A stretch of 64,000 nucleotides of DNA from a virus (IMGVR_UViG_3300013947_000026:1-64000), one strand, 5' to 3'. Positions 39,501-53,827 are shown, counted from the stretch's first letter. A program made the numbers and translations. Notes: generated by a model from the sequence alone, not told the origin.

Positions 39501-42500
39501 TATAGGACGAAAATCCAGATAATACAGCTAAATAGAGAATACAAAACTTCTGTTATAATAAACATTCTATTGTACTTAGAAGAATTGCTTAGAACGAAGG
39601 TAATAAGATGGCTAAGATTCTTATGAATAACTATGCCGGCTTTAAGACTGATTAGAATGACGATTATGGATCAGATTACAATCAAGTGTCAGAGGTAGAA
39701 GATTATATGTCTAAGGTTACAATGCTTATAAGTGGAGGACTCATTTATCCTACAATGTCTGATAAGAAGACATATATGTATTTATAGGCTTCCGATCAAG
39801 CTATTAATGGATTTTTAATCCCTGGTATAGACTATAGACTTGTAAGTAAATTAATATCAAGCTCTGATAACGATCAAAAGGCAGCAATTAGAAAAGAACT
39901 TCTTGGAGCGCTTCCTAGAATTGTAACAGATACTACTGGCAAGACTATAGTCCGCCCATCAGATCAAGTACTTGATATCTTTATTGATTATGCAAAAGAC
40001 GAAAAGGCGGCTATACTTGAATGTATGCATTAGCTTGGTTATTTTGAAGGTGATACGGAAATAGATGATACTGTAAAAATAAAGAATTACCATACATCTA
40101 ATAAGTACGAAAACAGTAAAGGGGAAACAGTTAAAGTAGAACCTAATGGTACTAGATTCTCTTCCCTTACATCTATACTTGACGATAATGGAAAGAGAAT
40201 TAAATTCAATGATCCTAAAAAGAGTAGTAAAGAATGTTTAAAGATTGCTGATGAAGAATTCTTTAACAAGAGTAGAGAGCAACAGAGAAACATTATGGCT
40301 AGAGTTCTTGATATCTAGTTTAAAGAAGAGCTTAAAAAAGCAATAAAACTTGGACTTGTTAAAGGTGATATAAATAACTATTATTCTTTATAGAACGTAG
40401 GACTTAGTTGGAACGAGTTTAATTCTATTAGACAATCTTTTGCTGGAACAGAAGGCATTACAACTCTTGAATAGATGAACGCAGCGGCAGTAGTAGCAAT
40501 GATGTCTGACATATCTACTAGATCAATTATTTCTGTACAAGAGGTAGAAAGGTTGTTTGGTGGTCACCCTGCATTCTATAAATGGAAATATAGTGAAAAC
40601 GAACTTGAAGATAGACAGACTGACCAATTAAAACGTCTTGGCGGTCTTATTTCTACAGGAGCTAACCCTAGAATAGATTTCTAGGATGATTCTGAATCCT
40701 AGTATACTTGTGCTTAGGTGGATGATTTTATCGTGTCTTCTGAAGCCGATAAAATGCATGATGGCACTATTGATGATATATATCAAAATAGCGTAGAAAA
40801 AATGTTTGTACAGGCTAATACAAAAGAGGCTGTGTACAACAAGCTTGTTCGTAGTGGTAAAAGTAAAGACGAAGCTGCAAAAATAGCTTACGCTGACCAT
40901 AAAACTCAAAAAGAATTTGAAGAGTTTAGAGATAAATACTTAGATGAAAACGATAAAGCTAGAGTCGATAAAAAGTACAAATCAGAATACAAGGCATATG
41001 CAGAAAAGGGTATAAACGTAGCCGATGGTTCTGCATTTATTACTGATAAGATGTGCGAAAAGCTTTTAAGATCACTTGGACTATACAATAACAAAGCTAA
41101 ACAATTATTTGCAATGCTTAGAGATCCTAAGAGCCAATATACATTTAGATAGAAAGCTGATGCGTTTAAAGAACTTTAGGAATTTATTGTTGGTGCTCAG
41201 AAGTATAGTGCGTTTGGTCATAGGAATGATGACTAGCTTGGAAGTCTACTTATACCTTACTATAACAAGATGGCTTTATTCCCGATATTCCCATCTATCG
41301 CAATGGGAGATATGGGTAAGGTGTATAATAAGATGATAAGCGAAGGCGTAGATATGCTTTTGTTTGATTCTGCTGTAAAGATTGGCAATAAACATAACTC
41401 CGAATTTAAACAAGGTAAAGGTATAGAAGAGCCATTTACAACATTTAAACAAGATCTTAGGTACCTTAGAAAGTAGCTCAATACAGATCCTAATGGTAAA
41501 GTTGAAATGAATCTTGGTACATAGACTGCCAAGGTAGCTCTTGCTAGTTTGATTTTAGATAGAACTAATTATACAGATTCTCTTACTGGGGAAACGATTT
41601 CTGGTACACAGATTCTAGATAATATTATGAGCTCTATAAACACTCTTTCCGATATGGGTGTTAAAGAGGTAGATGATCTTTTCTTTACCGATAACGAGTT
41701 TGATATATAGAAATTTGCTAAGTTCTTAAATAATGAGCTTACATCAAGAAATGCCAACAAGAACACTATAGATGCTATTACTATTAAAGTTGAAGCAGAT
41801 GGTAGTAAACATTTAAATGTTCCGCTTGCCGCGCAATCAGATCCACATTGGATAGAAAGTATTCTTACATCAGCATTAAATAAGAGAATTGTAGATGTAA
41901 AGACTCCTGGAAATGCGTTTTATCAGAGATCCGTATTCGCAATGGAGGGTCACGTTATATCTGATAATGAATATAACAAGCTACCAGCAGCAGCCAGAAA
42001 ACTTATTAACTGGCAAACTCTTAATGAAGGTAAACAGCTCTAGTTTATAAACAACGATGGTAGTATGGATGCTGTTATATCTATAGATTATTTTGAACAC
42101 ATAATACCAGAAGGAATGTCGTTTGATGAGGCTAGAAAGTGGCTATTTGACAATAAGATTATTGGCAATAGAAGCGATGTAAAAGCTAATACTATTGGTT
42201 ATCGTATTCCTACACAAGCCCAATCTTCTATACATGCTTTAAGATTTGTAGATGTACTTCCTGTTGTAAAGGATACTATTATTCTTCCTAGAGAGTTTAC
42301 TAAAGTAACTGGTTCGGATAAACAATATCAATGTTCAAACCAGTATAATATAAAAAATTCCTTTAATTGCTGGGAACTCCACATAAAGTGGACAATCAGC
42401 AGCCAAGTCTCTATTTAATACGTTTATAGAGAAAGGTTCAACGACTAAAATTAAATCATAAATAAACATACGTATATCGTTATGAAAACAAAAATTACAA

Positions 42501-45500
42501 AAGAAAGTAGAAATCTACTAATAGCATTGTTACTTGGAGATGGAACAATATGCAGTAACAATGTATTTAAACTTGCTCACGCAGAACAACAAAAAGATTA
42601 CTTAGAATGGAAAATTAAATAGCTGAATTATGCAGGTATAAGAAACAACGGATTGAAATCATATGTAAAAAAACGTGGATATAATACTGGTGTGAATGTA
42701 TATTATACTTAGCTTAATATAATTCCTTTTATTAAAGTTCTTAGAAGAGTTTTCTACAATCCAACTAAGGTTTTGGGAAACAGAAAGCTATTAAACCGAT
42801 TAGATGCAAAAGGAATAGCTATTTGGTACATGGACGATGGCCATATAAATATTCGTAAAAACAAAGATGGTAGGCCAATGGGATTCTATATAAAAATAGC
42901 CACATGCTTGCCAAAAGCTGAACTTTAGACAATAATAGATTATTTTAAGGAAATTTGGAATATAAATTTTTATATGTTTCACGAAGGTAAAAAAGAAGAT
43001 AGCTTTTCTTTATGCTGCGGTACAAAAGAGGGTTTGAAATTTATAAATATAGTTAAAAAATATGTACTACAAGTTCCATCTATGGTACATAAAATACAAT
43101 ATGATTTAAGCTAGAGGAGACGTCCTCTAGATGTACCCGAATAGGGGAAATTGGGAACACCGAAAGGTGAAGATATAGTCTGATCTACATAGTAATATGT
43201 AGTTAACATAAATGTTTGATATTGATAAGTTGTATTTGGCATCTTTAGCTTATGATGTTGAAGATGGTAAAGCTAGTAGAGAGTTTACTCAAGATAAGAA
43301 ACAATATTATTAGAATAAGCTTCTTGAGAACTATATGACACTTCTCAAAGATAATGATAATTCTATACAGATAGCCATGAGATCTATTGATAATGATACA
43401 GAGCTTGTAAAGAGTATCGCTAATCAATTTGAGAGTGCTGGATCTACAAAGACGCTACCATACAACTTTTATACGCTTCACGAACAAACAGATAGACGTA
43501 GAGATTATATCACTGGTAAGCTTGGTATTGCGCCATTCGCTCTTAATGTAACTAATTAGGCTCTTACAATGGCTTATGGAGTTAAATTAAAAGAGTCCGA
43601 ATTTACTAAGCAAACTCCATTCAAGCGTATAGACTTACGTGATGATAAGAATGGCAACGCTGTTATGTCTTGGTTGTCTGCATTTATTAATGCGCACTGT
43701 GATATTGTAAAAGACCCATATGTATCAAAGATAAATGTAAATAGCTTTACATACAATATGCTTAACTTCTTGGTAAGAACAGGTTAGGCAGATAACTCTG
43801 TATGGTTTATCACGTAGCCTATTATAAAGGATATGGCGTTTGCCGCAGAGTCTGCTAGTGGTCATTACGGAAGAGACTTAACTAAGAGTAAGTATAGAGC
43901 TCAAAAAGACGCAACAGAAAAAGCATTAAGACAGTATATAGCTGGGTATCTTGGTATTAATATTACAAATGATTCAGAATTGTATAATAATCCTGATATA
44001 CGCAGAGAACTTAATTATATTAACGCCGATATCAATGCTTCTAATACTAACGAGGTTAATCACGACCAGAGAAGAATTGATATAATTAATAGTATGTTTA
44101 AGAGTGATATGTATCTTAAGAATTACGCTCTTAAATACACAAGTAAAGAAGATATGCTTAAAGATCCAGATTTCTGTAAAGCTTAGATTTAGGTTTATAA
44201 GGCGTGGAATATATTACAACCATTTGTAAATGACATTTCAAAGCTTGTACAACTTACTAAGATTGATACAAAGAAACAAGGCAATACACTTGCTAAGCAG
44301 CTTCTTTACAAAGCTAAATACAATTAGTTCTTAAAGGATATTCAAGAAGGAAATACGTCGTTTGATCCAGAAGGAGTTACGAGAATGATGACTCATTCTT
44401 GGATTGATAAGAAGACTAATAGTTTTATGAAAGCTATGAAGAGTATCCTTGCTGGTCAAGTATTTGAAGCTACAACATCTTATACATCTTTAGTTGGGTA
44501 GCTCGGACAGTTTATGAACAATTATTCTTAGACTGAAGATATTGCAAATAAGCTTGATAGAAACATATCTCAATGTATTAAATCTTTATTTATCAGAGCT
44601 TATGCTAGGGATAACAATATTGATGTAAATAGGCTGTTCTTTGGAAATAATACAATAGCTGATAGACTTGCAAATATAAAGCGCAGAATAAATAACCCTG
44701 ACGATAAGTTGTTCTATCTTAGAAATAACAGGTTGCTTACATCTCTTGTTGAGTCAGACCAAGTTAAAGATGAAACAACTATTGGAAATAATGGTTAGAT
44801 TTATCCAGCACCTAAGTTTGTTAGCACATTCCATAGTATCTCTGAATCTTCATTTAATCAAGATGATCTTACTGATGCATGGGATGAATTATTAGACTAT
44901 CCTAACGATCAAGAGCTTAAAGATTTTGCTAGAGATCTCGTTGTTTATGCTTGGCTTACATCTGGCGAAAAGTCTGGATTTAACAGATTCTTTAAGTATG
45001 TTCCTAACACATGGAAATTAAATAGCGGATTTATTGGACACGTAGAGTTTTGGTTAAATAAGTTTAACACTAATCTCGAAAGCGACGTAAGAAATGCTAT
45101 CATAGATGATATACTTAGAAATAACTGGAACGATACAGACTTTGTTCCTCAGTATGATTATATTCGTAAAAACCAAAGAAATTTTACAGATTCCGGTATA
45201 TATGATCCTCAATTAATGAAACCATTTGCATTGTGTGGTTATACATAGAATGGTAAAGGTGAATGGGTTACAACTATTAATAGACTTGATAATGGTGAAT
45301 ATCCTAGATATATTACTGTAAAAGACGAATTGGCTACAAAGGACAATAATAACTCAAATAGAGCTCTTTATAGATTGGTTGGCGTTAGTAAGTTTGATGG
45401 GGTTAAAGACAAAGATACTAATAGTACAAGATTGACTGAAGTCCCAATATATGCATTATGCAAGAAGAGAGGTTTACATTTTAAAGGTAATGATATCTTT

Positions 45501-48338
45501 GAGTTTGGTAATAGCGATTTTAATTTTGGTATGAACTATATTGGTTATCAAGAAAATGATGTTCAATATGCTAAACTTATCGAAGAAGTCAAATAGAAGT
45601 TCTATATTGACGCAAAGAAACTTGAATCAAAAGAAACAAAGACCGAATCTTCTGTAAGAAACACTGGTGTAACAACAATTAGTTCTACTGGTAAGTCTGA
45701 TGGCATTACTTATAATAAAGAACAATAGAGTGCTATTATAAATGCAGTATCTTTCTTAAAAACTAATACAGATCCAACATAGTATTATGTAATAGAAGGC
45801 AAGGCTGGTACAGGTAAAACTACTATAGCTAAAGAAATTCTTAAAGAATTCGATGATGAGTAGATATATGTTGCAGCTGTATCACACAAAGCTAAGGGTG
45901 TTATAAAGAATAGTTTTGGAGAAGATGTTAAAGGTAAGAAGTTTTTTAGCATCGCTAGCTTACTTGGTATGAAGGGTATCAATGATAATAATACGTAGAC
46001 AACTAAATTCTAGGTTGGCGAAAAGATACCTTTGTTAGACAATCCCCCAGCATTGCTTGTTATAGACGAAGCCTCAATGATAACAGAAGATGTCCTTAAG
46101 AAGATTATTGACATAAACTCTGCTCTTTCTAGACCGTTTTAGATGCTATTTTTAGGCGATATAGGCCAAATACAACCAATTAGAGACGATTAGAGTGAAT
46201 TTTATAGAACTCACAAAGATCTTCTAAACAAGAAGTCCGACATATTTAATAGTAAGCATAAATCAAAGCTTATTACTAGAGTAAGACAGGGCGAAGCTAA
46301 CCCTATATTACCGTACGCTGATTATTTCTGGGAAAATTCTCAAAAAGAAAATCCGGAACTTAACCCTACTTAGCATATCGTTAGAAATAACTAGATAACA
46401 GATAAAGGCTCTTTGCTGTTCTCTAATAGCGAAGGCGAGGTTTTAAATTCTGTAATTAAAGCTGTAAAGAACGCTGTTGAAAAAGGGCTTACAAACCACG
46501 TAAAGATTGTAACGTATCACGTAAACGAAAAGACAGAATTAAACAAGAAAATCCACGAAGCTTTATTTGGTAAAGGTTCTGACTATTCTAAAGGTGATAT
46601 GCTTATTCTTAATGCTCCTTACGATTTACCAGAAGTTAAGGCTACTATGGAGAATTCGTCCGAGATACAGATAAAAGGTATTTAGGATACAGATGTTGAC
46701 GAGTTTGGTGTACATACATTATATCTCGAAACAAACGGTGTAGCTTATACAAGAACTGGTAATGAGTAGAAAGATTGTGTTATACAAGTTGTTTCTAGGA
46801 ACGATATTGACATGTATAATAAAAAACTACAAGAACTTGCTTCTAAGGCTAAAATGTAGACCAACAGAATATTGAAGAGGCAAGCTTGGTAGGAATTCTG
46901 GGAGTACAAAGGTCGTTATGCTGATATTGATTTTGGATACGCTATTACAGCTCATAAATCTTAGGGTTCTACATACGACATCGTTGTGGTAGACGAAAAG
47001 GATATTATGGGTACATCAGCTACATCAAATCAAGAAAAGTCAGAACTTATATATACAGCGTTAACTAGACCTAGAAAGACAGCCATTGTTATATCTAGTG
47101 TGCCTGTATCTAATCCTTATACAGGAGATATAGAGAATCCTTCTCTTCCTAAACAGACTGAGAAAAAGATTGAATATCATCCAGGAAACTGGACTAAACA
47201 AGAGGTTGACGGTAATCCTGACATATTGTATATAACAAATGCAGATTATGAGAATGTTAATTCTAGTAATATGTTATCCGTATCTACTAGAAATCAATCC
47301 AAAACCTCTAATGGTATTATTGATAACGGCAACTGGAACGATTTAAACATAGAAGAGTTCAAGAATGTTATAGATGCTGAATTCTAGGCTATTAAAGACG
47401 AATGGGATACAGGAAAGTACAGAAAGATATATTTGCCTTCTACTGGTCTATCTAATGGCAAGATTTCGCAGATTACAGAACAACGTACACCTAAATTGTT
47501 TAAATATTTGTATGATAAGACTGTTGATTTGGCTAAGTATGTAAGCACGTAGCATAATAATACTCACAATGTTGCGTCTGAATAGGCTTAGAAAACAGTA
47601 TCTTTGTACAACAAATAGTAGAATAATCCACAGGATTATACAATGAACTCTGGCGGAGCTTATGGTGGCGATACATATTGGGATGTTATAGGTAGACAAT
47701 TTGGGCTAACAAAAATAAATCATTTTAAGCCTATTGATAATCAAAGTATGCCTAAGACGCTTAGAGATAGAAATGTTAAGCCTATTCCAATTACTCACGA
47801 ACAATCTAACTATGCAAGAGAATAGATAAAATAGTTAACTGGGAGAGAATTACCTATGACTCTTGCTGGAGAGCTACTTGCTAGAGATTTTTATTAGGTA
47901 GATAAATCTGATGGTGTTTTCGCTGTAGCAAATATAACTAGTTCTTTAAATGCGGTAGAAGGTGGAACCAATATGGCCGTACAAGTTGGTATAAAACAAG
48001 GAAAGCCTGTACATGTGTATGATCTTAATACTGAAAGCTGGTATAAATATAATCAATCTACCGGCAAATTTGAAGTTGAGGACACTCCTATGCTAACAAA
48101 ATCATTTGCTGGAGTTGGAACTAGAAATATTCAAAATTATAAAGTTAATAAGAATGGCTAGTGGGTTGATAGAGAAGGTTATGTAGGATATGATAAAGCT
48201 CTAAAAGCTGCAAATGCAATAAAAGCTGTATATTAGAAGACGTTCTCTAAAGACGATTATAAAGTAAAGAATGAGCAAGAAATAAAAGACGACCTTAAAG
48301 AACTCGGAAAGAGAAGATAGGACGACTGTAATAAATAA
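30560..48338 (+). CDS. Giant virion RNA polymerase polyprotein (~5627 aa; exons 30560-42319 and 43215-48338)
   Basis: The main track ORFs share one frame before the intron and another after it (frame spot-checked, not every codon read). Motifs HEAFH, KRLGG, NVADG, YRIPTQ, TGSD/FDIDK, then helicase motifs. Confidence 0.85.
42320..43214 (+). mobile_element. Group I intron within the RNAP catalytic motif
   Basis: P 42365, Q 42394, R 42436, S 43170. P1 GGTTCGGAT/GTTCAAACC with U.G; P10 AATATCAA/TTGATATT; terminal G. Splicing restores GSDFDIDKL. Confidence 0.93.
42482..43183 (+). CDS. Intron-encoded LAGLIDADG homing endonuclease (code 15)
   Basis: LLIALLLGDG and LDAKGIAIWYMDDG; five in-frame TAG; TGA 43181-43183. 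Confidence 0.88.
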
Positions 48339-48343
48339 TTATT

Positions 48344-51300
48344 ATGACGTGTTTGTTAAGAAATAAAGAAAACGAAGCGTTGTTAAATGAATATGAAGGT
48401 ATTTTAGGTAGCCGATAGGCTGCCTATTATGCTTTATCATAGAACAACGGATATCCTTTAGATAAGGATTTAAATGGTAAAGACTCCGCACTGTATAAGG
48501 ATTTATTACAGCGTAATGGAGGTAGTAAAGAAAAAGCTATATTGGAGAAGGCTACTATATTTACATCTAAGTTTATAGAAGATCACTATGACTGGACGCA
48601 AGATAGAGTAGAACCTACAATAGATGACTTAGATAACTATAATGGAGTATTGTAGTTTGACGCTAAACCATTTAGCTCTATGGCTCAAAATTATGGCTCT
48701 AGAAAGGATAATTTCATCCTTGCTTAGTAGTATGAAGGTAAGACTGTTAGAGAGGCTAGAGAGGCCTGGAATTAGGCAGAATACGAACGTTTGCACACTA
48801 CTTTGGCAGATAGATTGGAGAAATCATTTGGTCTTACAAAATCTGTTGACAAAGAAGGTAATATTCTCTTGTCGTCTAAAGATTTGTAGATATAGTTTGT
48901 AGATTACATACGTGGCACATCGTTAAAAGATATTACAAAAGCTTCTGGTTAGTATATATCTAATAAGCTTAGTGCTATAGGTAACGTTATTAAGGTAGCA
49001 TTTGGTAGAAGCTCTGCAAAACTTAACACTGAGTCTCACGAGATTTGTCATCATTATCTTGATATGTTTCAAAAATCTTAGATGGTGCAAAAAGCTCTAT
49101 CTGACATTATGGAACAGTATAAGATAAAAAATGTAACATAGGCTGAAGAAAAGCTTGTAGATATACTTGTTAGTAGGGCTAACGATATAGCAGAACGTAC
49201 AAAAGCGTCTGATATATGGGAATAGTTTAACTCGTAGGTCAGAGAAGCTTTTAAAGATCTCGTGATAGATGATTCTAATAAAGAAATGCTGCATGAGTAT
49301 TTAGCACAATCATTTTTACTTAATCTAGATATAAATCAAGTTAAAGTATCATCAGAATTTAACAAAGTAAGGCTTGAAAATAAAGCTAAATTCTAGCTAA
49401 TGGCTGACAACACTCTTAGTAAGGATGAGGCTATATAGAGATTACAAGACTTATTTGATACATATGATCACATTGTATCAAAAACTCCTTCTTAGATAAA
49501 GATTTAGGATAAACTATTCTAGACAATGTAGAAGATGCAAAGATAGTCTGACGATGATGCTATATGTACATTTGTAAATTATGTTGTAGACCGTATTGGT
49601 TTTATGGACTAGAATGGTAATATAACTGATGGATCTATATACAAATTCTTAGAGAATGCTAGAAAGAACAATTTTAAAGGCATTACAGCACAACAGCTTA
49701 TAGATATAGATAGAAATTCTATAGGATTCTTTAAGGAGATTTTAAACCAGATAAACTCTGCTAAAGTGTTTGGTAATTTTCCTTCTATATTAAAGACTCA
49801 TATAGATTAGATAAATGCATCTATGTAGGATATTTCAGTATTATATAGAAACGCCTTGCACACATTGACTACAGATATAGTTGATCAATACATAGATGAT
49901 AATATGAAGCTTGGTAACATAGATAATGCAAAGATTGTTGCAGAAGATTGGCTTTTAAGACAGGCTATGTATGGTGATATAAACTGGCTTGAAATGTGGG
50001 CTGGCATGTACGGTAGATCTAGTTCTCCAATACTTAGAATACTCTATAACAAAGTTAATGATATCGACTATGATAGACAGGTATACGTAAATAAAATTGG
50101 TCATCAAATAGACGCTCTTAGGAGAAAAGCGTGGAAAACCATGAGTAAATTTGTGCCAGGAAATCCAGAAATGGTTTTAATGGAGTTTGATAAAGATGGT
50201 AAGGCTACTGGTAATTTTAGAACCGAGTACAATCAAGGTTAGTACGAATAGGATAGGCGCAAAGAACAAGAGCGTCTTATGGAAAAGTATGGATACGAAT
50301 AGGATGGAGATACAGGCGAGTTGATTGATAAACAAACAGGATGTAGTGTATATGATGAAAAGTGGCAATATACACCGTCTGGATGGAAGCGCCCAAAGTA
50401 TTATGACTATCTTGACGAGATGGACGCATTTGATGATGGTAGAAGAATAAAACAATATACCAGAAAATATTATCAAGAAATGCGTTCTGTACCAATATAT
50501 GAACCAAAAACGAAGATTGACCCAATACCAGCAAATCCTCATGGTCATGGGTTGTCTCCTGATACGATTAGAGAAAAGTAGAGAATAGACGAAGATCTAA
50601 GATATTATGCTAAGCAAGCTACAAGAAAAGATGGCACTGTACATTATGAAGATCTTTCACCAGAACAGCAGAAAGCTTATTTACTTGCAAAAGATGAGGC
50701 CGAGTAGCTATCTAACCCATTTTATCCTAACGGAGAGAAGAAGGAAGATGATAAATATAGAATGGCTATAGAGCTAAGATCATTCAATCAATGGGTGTCT
50801 GATCAGACAAATTATGACTAGGATAACGCTGCGTTTATTCAAGAGCTCAATGCTATTACAGATCCAGTAAAGAGAGATCAATTTATAAGATTAAATTCCA
50901 CTGTATCTATAAACCCATTATTATATAAGCTAGCAGGAATGAGTGGGTCGCAGTATAATGATCCAATACTAAAATATTTGCAGAGTGGTCTTCTTACTTT
51001 AACAAAAGATAACAGAAGTATTTCTAAAGATTTTTCTAGACTACCACATGATTCTGAAGCATTCTTTGCAAATATGTAGTAGATAGAGCAAGACATAGAA
51101 GACTCTGGTAAATCTGGAGTTAAATCTAATTTTAAAAAGTATTTTACATACAAACTTGCTATGTAGCCTGGCTTAAATAAAAGTAAGCTTGATTTTTTCA
51201 GAGATAAATATTTAGATAGAGCTAAAAATGGGGAACTTAATCAGTTTTTTGGGCAGGATATCACAACTCTATCTGATACCGATCTTAGATTTCTTATAGA

Positions 51301-53827
51301 TAATAGATTCTTCTTTAAGAATACAAAGAAAGGTCCATAGCCACTTGATTGCTTTTATGAAATAACTCCAAAGGCTAACACTTTTATATACAATGGTTAG
51401 ACTTATAATTCTATTATATTAAAACCTACTGGAAGATTTTCTAAAAGAAGTAATGCGTCGCAAAGTAAAATATATGATGATAGATATAATTTTCAAAGAA
51501 AAGATCCAGGATATTAGCTTACAGATAAATATAAAGACAAATATTTTGATTAGGAGATAAACGGAAATTCAGACATTCGTGCTTTGTATGATATGCTTGT
51601 AAATACTATGAAAGAAATGTATAGCAAGATTCCAGCTATTAAGTCAGGATATAATAACTCACTTCCTTAGATAGAAGGCACTACAGCTATGCTTCTTTCA
51701 AGAGTGTTTAGAGGCCCAAATTCAGCAAAAGACACATTTGGATATCTTGGTAAATCTATGGTTAGCATAATGCCTAGTGATACAGATCTTGAGGTAAAGG
51801 GATCAAAACCAAGGATAACTCCTAGCGGTGAAGACGAAAGCACGGTTCCTATTAGGTTTGTCAAGCGATTAGATCATCCAGAATACATAAGTTCGTCTAT
51901 ATGTAGCAATGTTATACAATTTGTAGACATGGCTAAGAACTATGAGGGTAAAATGGAACTTTTACCAGAGATACTTGCTATACAAAAATAGCTTAATCCA
52001 GAATATAGAGAAGATAAATATAAAAGTTCTAGATCAGGAAATGCTTATAAGCATTTTAGAAAGATGGATAAATATAGCAGTCAACGAAGCGAAGAAGCAA
52101 TAAATACACTTCTTGAAACTTAGTTCTACGGCAAAAATGTTGTATCTGGTCTTACTAAAAATAACGAGAAAGGAGATGCTGCTAGAGTTTTGATATCAAG
52201 AGCAAAGAGGTACGGGTCTATACATATGCTTGGTCTTAATACCGCTTCTATGGCTGTTGGTGCAATGGATGCAAATATGTAGATATTTAAAGATTCTCTT
52301 GTAGGCAAATATCTTACAATGAAAGACTTTAGGTGGGCTATTGGTAAACTCCTTAATCCTAGAACTATATTAAACAATTTTAGAGGATTAGGTAAAGCGT
52401 AGGCTACAACTAAAGAGGGAGCTTTGATGTAGATGAACTAGATAAGTAAGAACAACTCTGAAATATTTGAAGGTTTACACAAAGGGTGGTTCAGAAGATT
52501 TTGTCTTAAATATTTAATGATGGGAGGTTATACGTTAGGTGACTATATGAATAATTCTATTGTTATGTTATCTTTCTATCATCATACAAGGCTTTTTGAA
52601 GATACATCATATGCTGGTGTTAAACCTGGATTTTATACTCGTAATTAGCTTATAAAAGCGTTTACTGATGCCGGATATACAAAGAAGTAGGCCAAATCAG
52701 TATATTCTGGTTTGCACATAACTTTGTATGATGCATACGATTGGCATCCAGGAGATTATCTTCCAACTGTTAATTAGGCATTCTAGAAATATTTGAATAG
52801 CAAGATAGCAAAGAATGTAAGAAATAAAATTATTTAGAGATCTGCTTACTATAACGGAGTTATGCCTGCTACAGAAGTGTCTAAAGCTAGATAGAATTTG
52901 TATACAGCTATGATGTTTATGATGCGTAATTTCATTGTTGGCAACGTATACGAAAGAATGTAGAATGCAAATGATTACATTGTAAAGGAGCTGGATGAAA
53001 ACGGAGTCCCTGTAAAAAATCCAAAAACAACAGAAGAGGCTCAAAGTTATGGTTATTACAACTATGAAACTGGAGAAATAGAACGAGGTCATTATACATC
53101 TATAGCAAATTTGTCTAGAAGATATATAACTAATTGGATATATGGCATACGTTCATTTTTATCTCATGATCCAGCAAAAAAGCAAGAATATTCTGATAAA
53201 AGAGAAAAGTTAAAAGGTATAACATAGCTTGAAATAGAAGGAGTCAAAGCTGTTTCTGCAGATGTAGCTATTTGTGCGGCAGTAACGTTAGCTTCTGTAT
53301 TCTTAAAAATGAAAGCTGATGACGATAAATCTTGGTGGATACAATATTTATATTTAATATCACTTCGTCTTGCAGAAGCTAGAGGAACAAATCTTGATCC
53401 TACTACAGTTATGGATTTCATCGGATCTATTACAACATTACAGTCTGTATGGAATGATTTTGGTACAGGTTTTACATACATACTTGATGCTATGGGGTTA
53501 ACTGGACATAATCCAACAGATACAGTAAAGTCTGGCGCGTATAAAGGGTCTAGCAGATGGTTCCGTGATGTTATGAAAATGGTTCCATTTAGTAATCTAT
53601 ATGAAGATATGAATTACAATACACTGCGAGCTAAACAAAACTACTATAGAAATAAATATTGGTATCTGCATCTATTTGGAAATGATTCTACAGGTAATTC
53701 GTCTGGAGAACCAGTTATGCCAGATGATTATAATAATACAGATAATTCATTAGGAAGTGGATAGTTTGATCCGAACCAAGATTTTGGTGGAGGCTCATTT
53801 GATGCTGGAGGAAGTTTTAATCCATAA
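48344..53827 (+). CDS. Large ejection / RNAP-associated cargo protein (~1827 aa)
   Basis: Track ORFs 49856, 50321, 51689 and 53309 are in one frame via TAG. HEICHH, VPIRFVKRL, YNYETGEIERGHY. Confidence 0.8.

Noticed and set aside
1-53827. Mass pseudogenisation or sequencing errors on the + strand
   Set aside because: The breaks I read are all TAG, stay in frame and fall at Gln positions; the one frame change within a gene (RNAP) is explained by its intron.
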